Assembly (NCBI GenBank): GCA_052327205.1
Contig: CM126202.1
Span: forward strand, 171,554,001-171,618,000
Source of the DNA: Somniosus microcephalus
Lineage: Eukaryota
DNA: 64,000 nucleotides
Reading direction: 5' to 3'
The notes under the pieces: generated by a model
What the model was told of the DNA's origin: nothing
Database searches by the model: none
Seen by the model: the letters and a program-made list of their open reading frames with translations, nothing else
Program-made: the position numbers and the translations under genes
Shown: in pieces, positions 1-11,560 of the stretch
Position numbering within the stretch: the stretch's first letter is position 1
Layout: each line of letters begins with the position of its first letter

Positions 1-1948
1 TTCAAGCAAAACAGCCAGTTACACAAACAGGACACTGTTTACTACTGTTTAGTGCAGGACATATTTACTACTACTATACTGACATTAGCAGGTGTTGGCA
101 AAAGTAGTCACAGCCACATACGAATGTAAATGTATTACAGCACTATTTGGAAAAAAAAGAACATGTCGATTCGCATTGTGCAAGTATTGTTTCATAATGT
201 TAAGGGATCTCTAGATAAATAACATGAATGTACATTAAAAGCAGAAAAATAAGTAATTTATAGCATATTTAAAAGCAAAATGCTTCTGGTGTTAGATTAG
301 GCAAAATCATGCAAGTAACTTAAAACTCAAAAGGTCTTCTAAGTACAATTTCAGGCAAAATTTTCTAATACATTTATCATCCTTGGCAATACTGAGAATA
401 TGATAGAAGTCAATAGCATTTTCTCTTTTACACCCTATATCACATCAGTACATTCAAATGGTCACTGAAAAATGGAAAATAAAAGATGAAAAGATACATA
501 TCTTCATTAAACATTATTTGAATTTACATCCTTTTAGCCCAGTAAGTTGAGATGAAACCTTAAGTACTTTGTCCCATTTTGGTTACTGAGATACAAGTTA
601 AATATTCAAGTCCCAGAGGTGATGCAGAGAAGAGCCACAAGCATAATCCCTAGCATTAGAAGATTGAGTAATGAGGAAAAATTGGATACACTTTGAATTC
701 TTCAGTCTTCATAGGGGACTGAGAGGATGGTTTATAGAAGAATGTGAAATATTAAATGATATAGGAAAGGGAATAAGTTCAAATTGGTGAAAGAAAACAC
801 TTTAGGTTTGATATCAGGAACAACTACACAAAAGAAGTAAATGGACTTCACCATAGGGTGGTGGAGGCAAAACATTTTACAAATAGTTGGATGCTGTGAT
901 GGGAGGGCTTTAAGTATTTTCTAGAAACACGAGCTAAAATGAGCCGAATGACCTTCCTCGTCTCTATCTATTTCGTAATTTATCTTCTGATGAAATTCAA
1001 ATTTTAAGGTATAAAAGATCCCACTATGAGATTGGATTACAAAATATGGGCAAAGAGAACAGTACAGCGAAGTATAATCTATAGTATCATTGTAAGGCAC
1101 AGAATCGCAAATGGCAACTTTGGAATAGAAAAACATCTATTCTGGCTAATGTCGGCAGCAGAAAATATGTCTTTTACTAACATATCATTTCATTTTTTTA
1201 CTAACTGTTGATGTAGATACTAGATTTGTTATTACAACTGAATGTTGAAGCATTGCACTTATCCCATTTAATCAAGTAATGAGACAGAATTCTGCACAGC
1301 TCAATAACTCTGCACCTCAAATTAAAAAATTCCAGTGTTAATTCTGAAATCTGCTTTCATTTCAGACTTCATCTTGGGCTGTTATCCCTTGCCTCATAAA
1401 TCATTAAATTTCAGATTTTCTTGCACTTATGAGATTTCACTTTCTCAACAAATCAATACCTCACACATAGGGATTTCATGAGTTTTTTTTGGTCACACTC
1501 ATAACTTAATGTTAGGGACTAGTTATTAAATGCAACAAGAACTAAATTGTCCTTAGTAATGTCAAGGTTAAATGAATGAATTTTACTTCTTCATTGCAGA
1601 CTCTCTCCGGTGTTCTTTATTCCATTGAAATACTGATAGTATTTTATTCAATTAGGCATGTAGCAGATAATTTAACCTGAGAATTACATTATTGTAAGGA
1701 TGCAGTTCTTTTGTCCCAATTCTTTTTTTGTTTATTGTTACATAAATGAATTTTTTTAACCTTTTATAATTTTACAACTTTTCCACAAAATTAAATGAAA
1801 ATATGTTTTTTACCATTGGTCTTTGTTGGATCAGTAGACTTGACATCATTTACTTTTCCTTTAATGTGCTTGTAGTTATTGCAACTCAACAATGTGCGCA
1901 ATATGATCTTCAATACAGCTCATTAGGCAATCTGAGCAGGTGACAGGA
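1..1948 (-). other. MAN2A1: Probable MAN2A1 3' UTR or downstream flank (end undetermined)
   Basis: AT-rich sequence after the TGA; candidate AATAAA signals on the minus strand at 1731-1736, 1643-1648 and 1616-1621. Confidence 0.55.
610..975 (+). mobile_element. Old degraded CR1 LINE 3' fragment
   Basis: Decayed similarity to the ERVQRR..., YEERL and 3' UTR segments of the younger CR1 copies in the window. Confidence 0.55.
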
Positions 1949-2101
1949 TCATCTTAATCGAATTCTGAATGTACTTATCTCCATTGGATTCAGTTCTATT
2001 TCTCTAGTATTATTGGGATTTTGTGTTGTATGCATCAAAGACAAGGTTGATGGAGTTAGTCGTTGAATTTTTAATTCTCTAAAGAGATTGTGTACAGGAA
2101 T
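1949..2101 (-). CDS. MAN2A1: Golgi alpha-mannosidase II, last coding exon (about exon 22), includes stop codon
   Basis: Acceptor ttttttgcag, then IPVHNLFRELKIQRLTPSTLSLMHTTQNPNNTREIELNPMEISTFRIRLR*. This matches the recalled MAN2A1 C-terminus (LTPSSLSLMH...PMEISTFRIQLR). 153 nt, phase 0. Confidence 0.93.
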   Translation of the reverse strand: MPVHNLFRELKIQRLTPSTLSLMHTTQNPNNTREIELNPMEISTFRIRLR

Positions 2102-2350
2102 CTGCAAAAAAAAATGTTTTAAATTCAATTGATTGACTAGAATCCAAGATTTACATAATTACAATCTTTTAGCACAACTGTTGCAGAAACAAGAATTTTA
2201 CATGCACATATGAAATATTTTCAATAGTTACATATTCTACTTCTTCAATCTGTGGAGGCATAATCTTCAAAATTTCTTTCAGATATGGGATAACTATTTT
2301 AACATTATCTGGACAGCAGGAACCTAGATGCTCACAATAGAAAAACCTAC

Positions 2351-2461
2351 CTTGCCTCGAGTGGTAGAACAAAACAGTCCAGTGTTTTTGTTTAAAAATC
2401 TACAATCAAAACCCTTTCTGTGGATGATCAAGGCTGCTTCATCTGATGGAGTCCCTTCATC
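2351..2461 (-). CDS. MAN2A1: Golgi alpha-mannosidase II exon (about exon 21)
   Basis: cag|DEGTPSDEAALIIHRKGFDCRFLNKNTGLFCSTTRGK|gtaggt; 111 nt, phase 0-0; HRKGFDCRF and GLFCSTT motifs. Confidence 0.95.
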
Positions 2462-2598
2462 CTGTAATGGTAAGTCATGTTATTAATAGATCTAATTTCT
2501 AAGCTTTTTAAGTGCTATAATGAATAGAATATTTTATTTGCAGTAAAAATTCCAATTAAATAAATCAACAGAATTTCTATTTCTATTGTAGCTATAGT

Positions 2599-3525
2599 TA
2601 GAGAATCATAGAAATTTACTGCACAGAAGGAGGCCATTCAGCCCATTGTGTTCATGCCAGCCGAAAAAGAGCTATCCAGCCTAATCCCACTTTCCAGCTC
2701 TTGGTCCGTAGCCCTGTAGGTTGCAGCACTTCAAGGGCATATCCAAGTACTTTTTAAATGTGATGAGGGCTTCTACCTCTACCACCCTTTAAGGTAGTGA
2801 GTTCCAGACACCCCACTACCCTTAGGGTGAAAACATTTCTCCTCAACTCCCCTCTAATCATTCTACCAATTACTTTAAATCTATGCCCCCTGGTTATTGA
2901 CCTCTCTGCTAAGGGAAATAGGTCCTTCCTATCCACTCTATCTAGGCCCATCATAATTTTATATACCTCAATCAAGTCTCCCCTCAGTCTTCTCTGTTAC
3001 AAAGAAAACAACTCCAGCCTATCCAATCTTTCCTCATAGCTAAAATTCTCCAGTCCTGGCAACATCCTCGCAAATCTCCTCTGTACCCTCTCTAGTGCAA
3101 TCACATCTTTCCTGTAATGTGGTGACCAGAACTGTACGCAGTACTCTAGCTGTGGCCTAATTAGTATTTTATACAGTTCAAGCATAACCTCCCTGTTCTT
3201 GTATTCTGTGTCTCGGCTAATAAATTAAAGTATCTCGTATGCCTTCTTAACCACCTTATCTACCTGTCCTGCTATCTTCAGGGATCTGTGGACATGCACT
3301 CCAAGATCCCTCTGTTCCTCTATGCTTTTCAGTATCCTACCATTTATTGTGTATTTCCTGGCCTTTTTACCCCTCTCCAAATGCATTAGCTCACACTTCT
3401 TCAGACTGAATTCCATTTGCCACTTTTTTGTCCACTTGACAAGTCCATTGATATCTTCCTGCAGTCTAAAGCTTTCTTCCTCATGATCAACCACACGGCC
3501 AATTTTTGTATCATCTGCAAACTTC
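2599..3525 (-). mobile_element. CR1 LINE, 5'-truncated 3' end
   Basis: ORFs 3225..3494, 2997..3185 and 2754..2975 give the RT C-terminus (RPQLEYCVQFWSP), followed by a CR1 3' UTR and tail. Confidence 0.9.
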
Positions 3526-4212
3526 TTATATAAGCACTATCTGTGCAAAAACAAACTGTCATCTCCAGTCTCATTTGAGGCTTTTAATTTTAAACCTGTG
3601 TACTACAGTTCTGCACAAGATTCACGTCAAATAAACTCTTACATCATCTGTGCTTCTCAATGTTTTAAAAGATAGTTCTCATTCCACTCATCCTCAAATA
3701 TTTTTGCCAATACAAAGTAATTTTTTGCTCAGCAGGTGCATCCCCATAATTTAGAGTTCTAAGTCCTGGAATCATATTTAATGCCCTGAACACTTTGATT
3801 TATCTATATCCTTTTGATGGTAGGGTGCCCAAAATTGCACGCAAGGTTCCAAATGTGGACTCACCCGTGATCTACACAAAAATCACAATAACTTGCTTCA
3901 ACTCAGTTAAATGTCCTTGAGATGTATTTGAAATGCACCTGTGGGTATCAATGTTGTCATTATAGTGCCTCTATAAGGTAAACATCCTGTGGATTTAGTA
4001 CAGTCATTTGCAAAAACACAGATATTCTTGAAGAAAATAACTCCATTGAATTTTGAAAGGCCGGCAAAATGGTGGGGATGGAGCTATTTACATGATTTAC
4101 CACATCCAGACATCTGATAAAATCTGGTGCCACTTTTTATGAAATCCTGAGATACTAGCCCTACTGGATTTTGTTCCAAATTTGCATAGGTATGCTGTGC
4201 CTGGGAGTCAAT

Positions 4213-5013
4213 GGGGGTGATTTTCACTCAGAAGTCAGGAAGGAGGCGGGACTACAACTTTCGGGGTTGTAGTCCCGCCTCCATCGAGATGCAGCCAATC
4301 CACGTGATTTTAATGATTCACCTTGTTGAGCCCACCCAGGCCAATTAAGGGCCACCCAGCAACAGGTGACGTCACAGACTGAAATTTCATCTGTCAAGAC
4401 GTTTTGACAGATGAAATATCAGTGTTTCACAGCTGTTTGAAGCTGTCAAACACTGACAGTCTTACTTCTAACCTGAGTCCTTCTACACAGACTCAGTTAG
4501 AAATCTCTCCGGCACAGAAAGCTGCAGGCTGTCACTTTTGACAGTTCGCAGCCGCTCTGCTTTCTGTGCCGGTTAGATGATGGACTCCCGAAACCTAGAG
4601 GAAGGAAGGCTAAAAAGGTAAGTACAGGTAATTTAAACTTCTTTACACACTTTAGACACACCAAACCCACTTACCTTTGCACTCATGCACCCATCACTCA
4701 CCTGAACACCGACATCTCGACCCCTCCAAGTCCTTCAACCCGACAGCCCGACTCCTCTAACTTGGCGTGGTTTGGAGCCGTCGGGAATCCCACAGTTCAA
4801 GCTTTAAAATAGGGATTGGGCTAAAAACTGCCTGTTAACTAATCCCTTCCTGCCTTGGGTAGGCGGGTCCCAGTGCGGGGCGGGTACCCGCCTCCTTTGA
4901 AACTTACATGGAGGCGGGCTGGGGGCGGGATGGTGTCGGGACCCCCGAATTCGGGACTTTAACCCCCCGCACGCCTCCAATCCCGACTCCATGGGTCAGT
5001 TAAAATCGAGGCC
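4213..5013 (+). mobile_element. Non-autonomous Harbinger-ended hairpin-array element, copy A
   Basis: TIRs GGGGGTGATTTT / AAAATCGAGGCC, 3-bp flanks AAT/AGT; homologous to 33280-34085, 37148-37951 and 54374-55204. Confidence 0.8.
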
Positions 5014-5837
5014 AGTGAGTGTGCTGGAGGTGACAGGAGCAGAAAGCATTTTCTTTCTAACAACCTGCTGGCTGCACTGGACGAGAATGCTTAGCTCAGG
5101 ATTAAATGAAAAGGAGATGCTTTCTTAACAGTCCATGTTGTGACAGCTCCTTTAGCAATAAGCCAGAAATGGCTGGTAGGTTTTGCTACCATTTTTGAAA
5201 GCTCTCCAGCATTCTTTCAACCAAGTTCCTAAATAAGCTGTTCCCCACAAAGCTCAGCAACATCAGCCTTTTCCATAAATTCAACAGGAAATTGAAAGAA
5301 ATCAGCCACACAAAGTGATACAAGACTTTACCCTGGCGCATCTAGATTGTGTGTTTAAGATGTATGAGGCTGAATACTATAGCAGTTTAGTCATATATCC
5401 AATGATGTTCATATGCGCTTCCATCTGAACTTGAGTTTTAGCCAGCCAAATTCATCTAGGTACAGGAAACTCTTTGGTATCCGGCACCGACGTGTTGCCG
5501 GTTGATCAAAAATTCCGGATGATGGAGAGGGTTATCTACCGAGGCTATTTTTAACAAAGAAAAATTTAAAAAAATCAAGAATGTGCAGTATACAGTAATT
5601 GGGTACTCACCTACAGAATGTTGTGTTAAATGGATGGTGGAAGATGCTTGATTAAGTACAGTACCGCCAGTTGAGAGTAATGCAATGCAATGACTACCAG
5701 CAGCGTGGAAGACACACAGTACCCCTGTAAAATGGCGGATCAGAAGAGACTACCGGCAGCGCGGGAGAGTCAGACTCCTGTTACAGGGGTATTGAAGTGT
5801 TCTGACTTCTGACAGCGCCAAGAAGCCGAGTAGTGGC

Positions 5838-6091
5838 TGTAGTGTATGTACCCGTCTACCTTTAAGAGAACTATTGTATGTAGCCGTCCACCTTTAAGAG
5901 AACTACTTTAGGTGTTGCAGCACTTTGTTGGCTTCTGTATACTGTAATACCGACGGTGACCACACCGGTATATAAGTGCTGTGTCAGGATTTACTGGGCA
6001 GATTCGCCCTGACCTTCGAATAGTAAAGTCCTGTTTTAAGTTACTCTGGTAGTCTGTGTATTAATTAACTAAACAACCCACAGACTTTACA
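5838..6091 (+). repeat. 5' LTR of the Gypsy element
   Basis: TGTAGTG...TTTACA, TATA-like TATATAAG, AGTAAA polyA-like signal. Confidence 0.95.
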
Positions 6092-6647
6092 GTGGCGACG
6101 AGTCCGATCGTACCCTGCGGCAACAATACTTCCGAAGCAGTTAACGAGCGTCGAGAAGAGGCAACCGCCCTCGTCATTCTGCTGGGAGAAAACTCGAGTC
6201 TGCAGAGCTGGAAAGGAGGAAGAATTCAGAGACAAAGACTTCCATCAGCAACAGGCACTGACTGTCCCTTCTGCCACGGTGAGGAGTGAGCCGATCAGCA
6301 CGAGAAGCAAGCCGGCCACGGTGACTGTGAGTAAGGGAAAAGTAAAAAGAATAACCGGAGGATAAGGGCGGTGCACTCGACCACGGTCGAGGGGGAAAGG
6401 AGCCGGACAGAAGTCGGGCCCAGAGGCGGAGACTGGGGCAGCGTGGAGCAAGGAAGCCGCGGTACAGACAGGCTGGGGACGCAACGGCGTCGTGAGACAG
6501 CTAGACCGCGACCGGCGAAAAAGGCCGGGCAGCGACCGAAGCCACGAAGCACTGCGACCGGGAGCGTAGGCGCGGGAAGATATAAAAACTCAGCCGCAGC
6601 CGGGGAGGGAAGCTCCGGACTGCGAGAGGGCTGGGAGGCGCGATTGG

Positions 6648-6968
6648 GAGCCGAGCGAGCGGGAGAGGCAGAGCCGACCAAGGGAGACTGAGCGAGAGCC
6701 AGTCCAGCGGCTGAAACTGTTCGCCGTCAACGGGGGGTACCCAGCGCCGGTAGAGCCGAGCGAGCGGGAGAGAGACAGAGCCCGAGCAAGGGGAACTGAG
6801 CGAGAGCCAGCCCAGCGGCTGAAACTGTTCGCCGTCAACGGGGGGTACCCAGCGCCGGTAGAGCCGAGCGAGCGGGAGAGAGACAGAGCCCGAGCAAGGG
6901 GAACTGAGCGAGAGCCAGCCCAGCGGCTGAAACTGTTTGCCGTCAACGGGGTGTACCCAGCGCCGGTT
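6648..6968 (+). repeat. Three tandem 105-108 bp GC-rich repeats in the Gypsy leader
   Basis: Unit gagccgagcgagcgggagag...tacccagcgccggt starts at 6648, 6753 and 6861. Confidence 0.9.
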
Positions 6969-7255
6969 GCCCTGCCGAGAAAGGGGAAAGCACTGAAGCC
7001 GACGCGCAGGCTGTGAACCTGAAAGCCAGCGGCCGTCGCCCGTGGGGAAAGTGTACCCCTCCCGCTAGGGAAGAAACGCGGGAAGCCGCCATTAGGCGGG
7101 GAAGAAGACAGAAGCGGGAAACCGCCATTGAAGTGGGCGGGGAGAGAAGATAAGCGCGGGAAACCGCCATTTTCGCAGGAACCGCCATCTTGGGAAAAAA
7201 AAAAAAAAAGAAAATTTAAAGAAATAATTCGTGGTGTTATCAGGAAGAGAGGAAG

Positions 7256-10200
7256 ATGCCTAAGCGTGGTAACATCAACGATTTTAATTCCGAGGTAGAA
7301 GACTGGGCCACGTATGTGGAACGCATTGAGATCTATTGTGAGGCCAATAAAATAGAAGAAGATGACAAAGCTATAACCTTGCTAAACTCGATGGGCGCGA
7401 AGACATACGGGCTCTTGAAGCATCTACTAGCACCAGCTAAACTGGCGGATCAGACTTTCGATGATATTGTGGCTGTTCTGAAGGATCACTTGAACCCCAC
7501 ACCGTTGATGTTGGCGGAACGATTCAAATTCTATGCGAGAACGCAAAGGAAAGACGAAAGCAACGCAGAATACTTGGTCGAACTGCGTAGACTAGCGAAA
7601 CACTGCCAGTTTGGAGGGAATCTGACAGAGGCATTGCGAGACAAATTCGTGTGCGGAATGTCGAAGGAAGAAACACAAAAACGACTGCTCGAAGAGAACG
7701 ATCTTACACTTGAGAAGGCTGTCCTTATTGCTGCATCGAACGAAGCCGCAGCGAAAGGAACGGCGGAAATGCAGCTAAAGGCAGCGGCACTCAGGGTGCA
7801 GCAAATTACTTCGGGTACAACGAAATGCTATCGTTGTGGGAAGACAACACACGACCAGAACCAATGCTGGTTTAAAAACCAGGAATGTAGGAAATGTGGC
7901 AAGCTCGGTCACATAGCTAAGGTATGCCGGTCAGGAAAGAAGACCAACAATAATGAGTCACCACAAAAGAGGTACAGAAAGGTACATGAGGTGACTAGGA
8001 AGAGTCCGGAAGAACAGAATTCGGACTCACACTCCAACTGCAAGGAACTGGATAGTCTGAGAATTCACAATGTGAGTAATGAAGCTGACCGACAAGCTAT
8101 CTGGATCACACTACAGATTGCAAAAGTCCAAGTGAAAATGGAAGTGGACACCGGATCGGCGTTGACGGTCATGAATAAGCATGATTATAAAAAGTTATTC
8201 AAGCATATTCCCCTACGGGATACGGAACTAGTATTGAAGACATACACGGGGCACAAAGTATACCCCATCGGAAAGATAGACGTCAAGGTGAGATACAAGG
8301 ACAAAGAGCACCAAAGGATGGATCTGTATGTGTTGCCTGAGGGAGGTCCACCACTTCTGGGACGGGAGTGGATCAGGAAAATAAAGATAGACTGGCATTC
8401 ACTAAACACCATGACGGTAGATTCCGGAAAGGAAGATGTCAAACCTGAATGGTTGTCCAGAATATTAGACGAAGCTAAAGAGGTATTCCAGCAAGGACTG
8501 GGAACACTGCGAGGAATTAAAGCAAAGGTTAAGATTGCAGAACATGCAAGCCCAAAATTTTTCAAAGCCAGATCGGTACCTTACGCGATACGACCTGCTG
8601 TGGAGGCAGAACTGGAAGAACTTGAACGATCAGGGGTACTGTCAAAAGTGGACTGGAGTGAGTGGGCCACGCCCATTGTTCCCGTCATGAAGTCTTCACC
8701 AAGTAACAAGCCAGGGGGACCGGGGAAGGTCCGCATCTGCGGAGACTTCAAGATCACAGTGAATCCGGTGCTTCACATGGTACAATACCCGCTTCCGTGG
8801 ATTGAAGATATCTTTGCTTTGTTGGCTGGAGGGAAACACTTCACCAAGATAGACCTGGCACAGGCATACTTACAAATGGAAGTCGAGGAAGAGTCGCGTC
8901 AGTACCTCACCATCAACACACACAGAGGCTTGTATCGTTATAATAGACTGGTTTTTGGGGTAGCTTCGGCTCCAGCAATTTGGCAGAGGGCCATGGAGCA
9001 GGTATTACAAGGATTTCCAAGCACGCAGTGTTACTTAGACGATATCCTGATTACGGGAGAAGACGAGGAAGAACACCTCACAAATTTGAAACTGGTGCTC
9101 ACTAGGTTGAAGGAATATGGCCTTCGAGTTAATCGCAAGAAATGTGAGTTCTTCCAAAAACGGATCTCGTACTGCGGTCATGTCATTGACCGAGAGGGGC
9201 TGCACAAGTCACCTGACAAGATAGAAGCTGTCGTGAAGGCCCCCGCTCCGGAAAACGTATCACAGTTAAGATCATTCTTGGTGTTGATTAATTATTATCA
9301 CAAGTTTCTGCCGAATCTATCCACGGTGCTGCATCCGCTGAATGCTCTGTTGCGGAAAGAAGTACCATGGAAGTGGAGTGAGGAATGTAAAAAGGCCTTT
9401 CGCAGAAGCAAGGCGTTGATTACCTCTGAAGAAGTGTTGGCTCATTTCAACCCAACGTTACCTCTTCGTCTAGCTTGTGATGCTTCCCCCTATGGAATTG
9501 GAGCAGTACTTTCACACAAGTTACCAAATGGCTCGGAAAGGCCAGTGGCATTCGCGTCCCGATCATTGACCTCCGCGGAGCGAAATTATGCTCAAATAGA
9601 TAGGGAGGCCCTCAGCCTTGTGTGGGGCGTAAAGAAATTCAATCATTACCTGCAGGGCAAGAAGTTCACATTACTGACAGACCACCAGCCGTTGGTGTCC
9701 ATATTCAACCCTAACAAGGCCGTTTCCACCATGACAGCGCAAAGGTTACAGAGGTGGTCCGTGTTACTTGGGGCACACCAATATGACATCGAATACAAAA
9801 GGTCCAAACAGCATGGAAATGCTGATGGGTTATCGCGCTTGCCATTGCCGATAGTAGAAGAAGCGACTACAGTGGACCCGGTAGAGATGTTCCACTCATC
9901 CATAGTGGAATGTCTACCAGTAACAAATTCGATGATCGAAAACGAAACGAGAAATGACCCGACTCTCTCACGAGTCTATGATTTAACGGTGGAGGGATGG
10001 CCAGCACAGGGCGAACCAACGCTGCCAGCATTTTCGCAGAGAAAAGAACAGCTGTCAGTGTGTCGAGGAACCCTGATGTGTGGATCTAGAGTGGTGATTC
10101 CACCCAAACTTCAACAGAAGGTGTTAAAGGAGCTGCACGAGGGACATCTGGGTGGAGTGAAAATGAAGAACCTAGCAAGAGCGTTTGTGTGGTGGCCAGG

Positions 10201-11225
10201 CATTGATGGGGACATCGAAGAAATCACTAAGAGCTGTCTAGGATGCCAGAAGGTCCAAAACGCGCCACCACAGGCTCCTCTGCATCCATGGGAGTGGCCC
10301 TCATCTCCTTGGCAAAGGGTGCACATCGACTTTGCTGGTCCATTTATGGACTCAATGTTTCTAATAGCGGTGGATGCACACTCCAAGTGGCCGGAGGTAA
10401 TAAAGATGTCCACCACCACCACGGAAAAAAACCATCACAGTGTTAAGGACCATGTTTGCTAGGAATGGGCTGCCGGAACAGATCTGTTCTGATAATGGAC
10501 CGCAATTTGTGTCCGAAGAATTCAAGAAATTCTTAAAGAGCAATGGGGTTAAGCACTACACGTCAGCCCCATACCATCCCGCCTCCAATGGATTGGCTGA
10601 AAGGTTTGTCCAGACCTTCAAGAAGGCCATAAAGGCCATGGGTAATGAAGCCATTAACTTACAACATAAGGTGGATAGCTTCTTGTTGGCGTACAGGAAT
10701 GCAACACATGCGGTCACAAATCAAACTCCCGCCATGATGTTTTTTAATAGACGACTAAGATGCCGGCTGGATTTGCTTAAGCCAAACGTCAGAAGGGACG
10801 TAGAGAACCGGCAATTCCAGGGCATGAATGAAAGGCCAACTAGATCTTTTCAGATAGGTCAACAAGTTTTGGCCCGGGACTACCGTACCGAGAAATGGCA
10901 GCCTGGAACTATTGGAAAAAGGCTAGGGCCGTTGATGTATACGGTGGACATTGGGGACAGTATAATAAGGTGCCATGTTGACCAGATCATAGGGTCAGCC
11001 ACAAATGGCCAACCTACTCCACCACCTTACACGGTTAATGTTGAGACAGAGATACCCAGAACACCTACCTCCGATCTGGTAATACTGGAATCAGATGAAC
11101 CTGACACTGTCCTTCAAGCCGAATCGACCTTGCCAGAAGCACCTACTACCCCGCTGGGTGTTATGACACCACCGAGGCGTTATCCGGACAGAGTCCGGAA
11201 ACCTCCAGAGAGACTGAATCTGTGA
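7256..11225 (+). CDS. Gypsy Gag-Pol polyprotein with one +1 frameshift in integrase (A7 run, 10425-10431)
   Basis: Two CCHC knuckles, protease DTGS, RT YLDD, RNase H LACDAS/TDH, integrase HHCC plus D(HIDF)-D(SDNG)-E(LAER); ORFs 7256..10462 and 10440..11225. Confidence 0.93.
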
Positions 11226-11306
11226 ACTGTCTTGCATAAAGTTGTATATATGTTATAATGTATGTTTAATGGGGAATCAGTATGTTGTAAGCTAAAAAGG
11301 GAGGAT

Positions 11307-11560
11307 TGTAGTGCATGTACCCGTCTACCTTTAAGAGAACTATTGTATGTAACCGTCCACCTTTAAGAGAACTACTTTAGGTGTTGCACTACTTTGTTGG
11401 CTTCTGTATACTGTAATACCGACGGTGACCACACCGGTATATAAGTGCTGTGTCAGGATTTATTGGGCAGATTCGCCCTGACCTTCGAATAGTAAAGTCC
11501 TGTTTTAAGTTACTCTGGTAGTCTGTGTATAATTTAACTAAACAACCCACAGACTTTACA
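11307..11560 (+). repeat. 3' LTR of the Gypsy element
   Basis: Direct repeat of 5838-6091. Confidence 0.95.

Larger units (their letters stand above)
5838..11560 (+). mobile_element. Full-length Ty3/Gypsy (Mag-like) LTR retrotransposon
   Basis: 254-bp TG..CA LTRs (5838-6091, 11307-11560) with about 7 differences; 5-bp TSD GTGGC; PBS TGGCGACGAG, complementary to the tRNA-Ser(GCU) 3' end; PPT AAAAAGGGAGGA before the 3' LTR. Confidence 0.97.

Noticed and set aside
2169-2372. 67-aa ORF overlapping the exon/intron boundary
   Set aside because: Wrong frame relative to the MAN2A1 exon; the rest is intron.
4242-4572. Hairpin array as a CRISPR-like repeat-spacer array or tRNA cluster
   Set aside because: The stems differ in sequence, there is no constant repeat or spacer length and no cloverleaf, and the context is a eukaryotic TE.
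4804-4992. Recurrent short ORF MESGLEACGGLKSRI... (also 33301 and 55019)
   Set aside because: It reflects repeat homology; starts and frames are not preserved among copies.
6092-7188. Several 65-128 aa ORFs in the Gypsy leader
   Set aside because: GC-rich tandem-repeat sequence open on both strands, with no recognisable domain.
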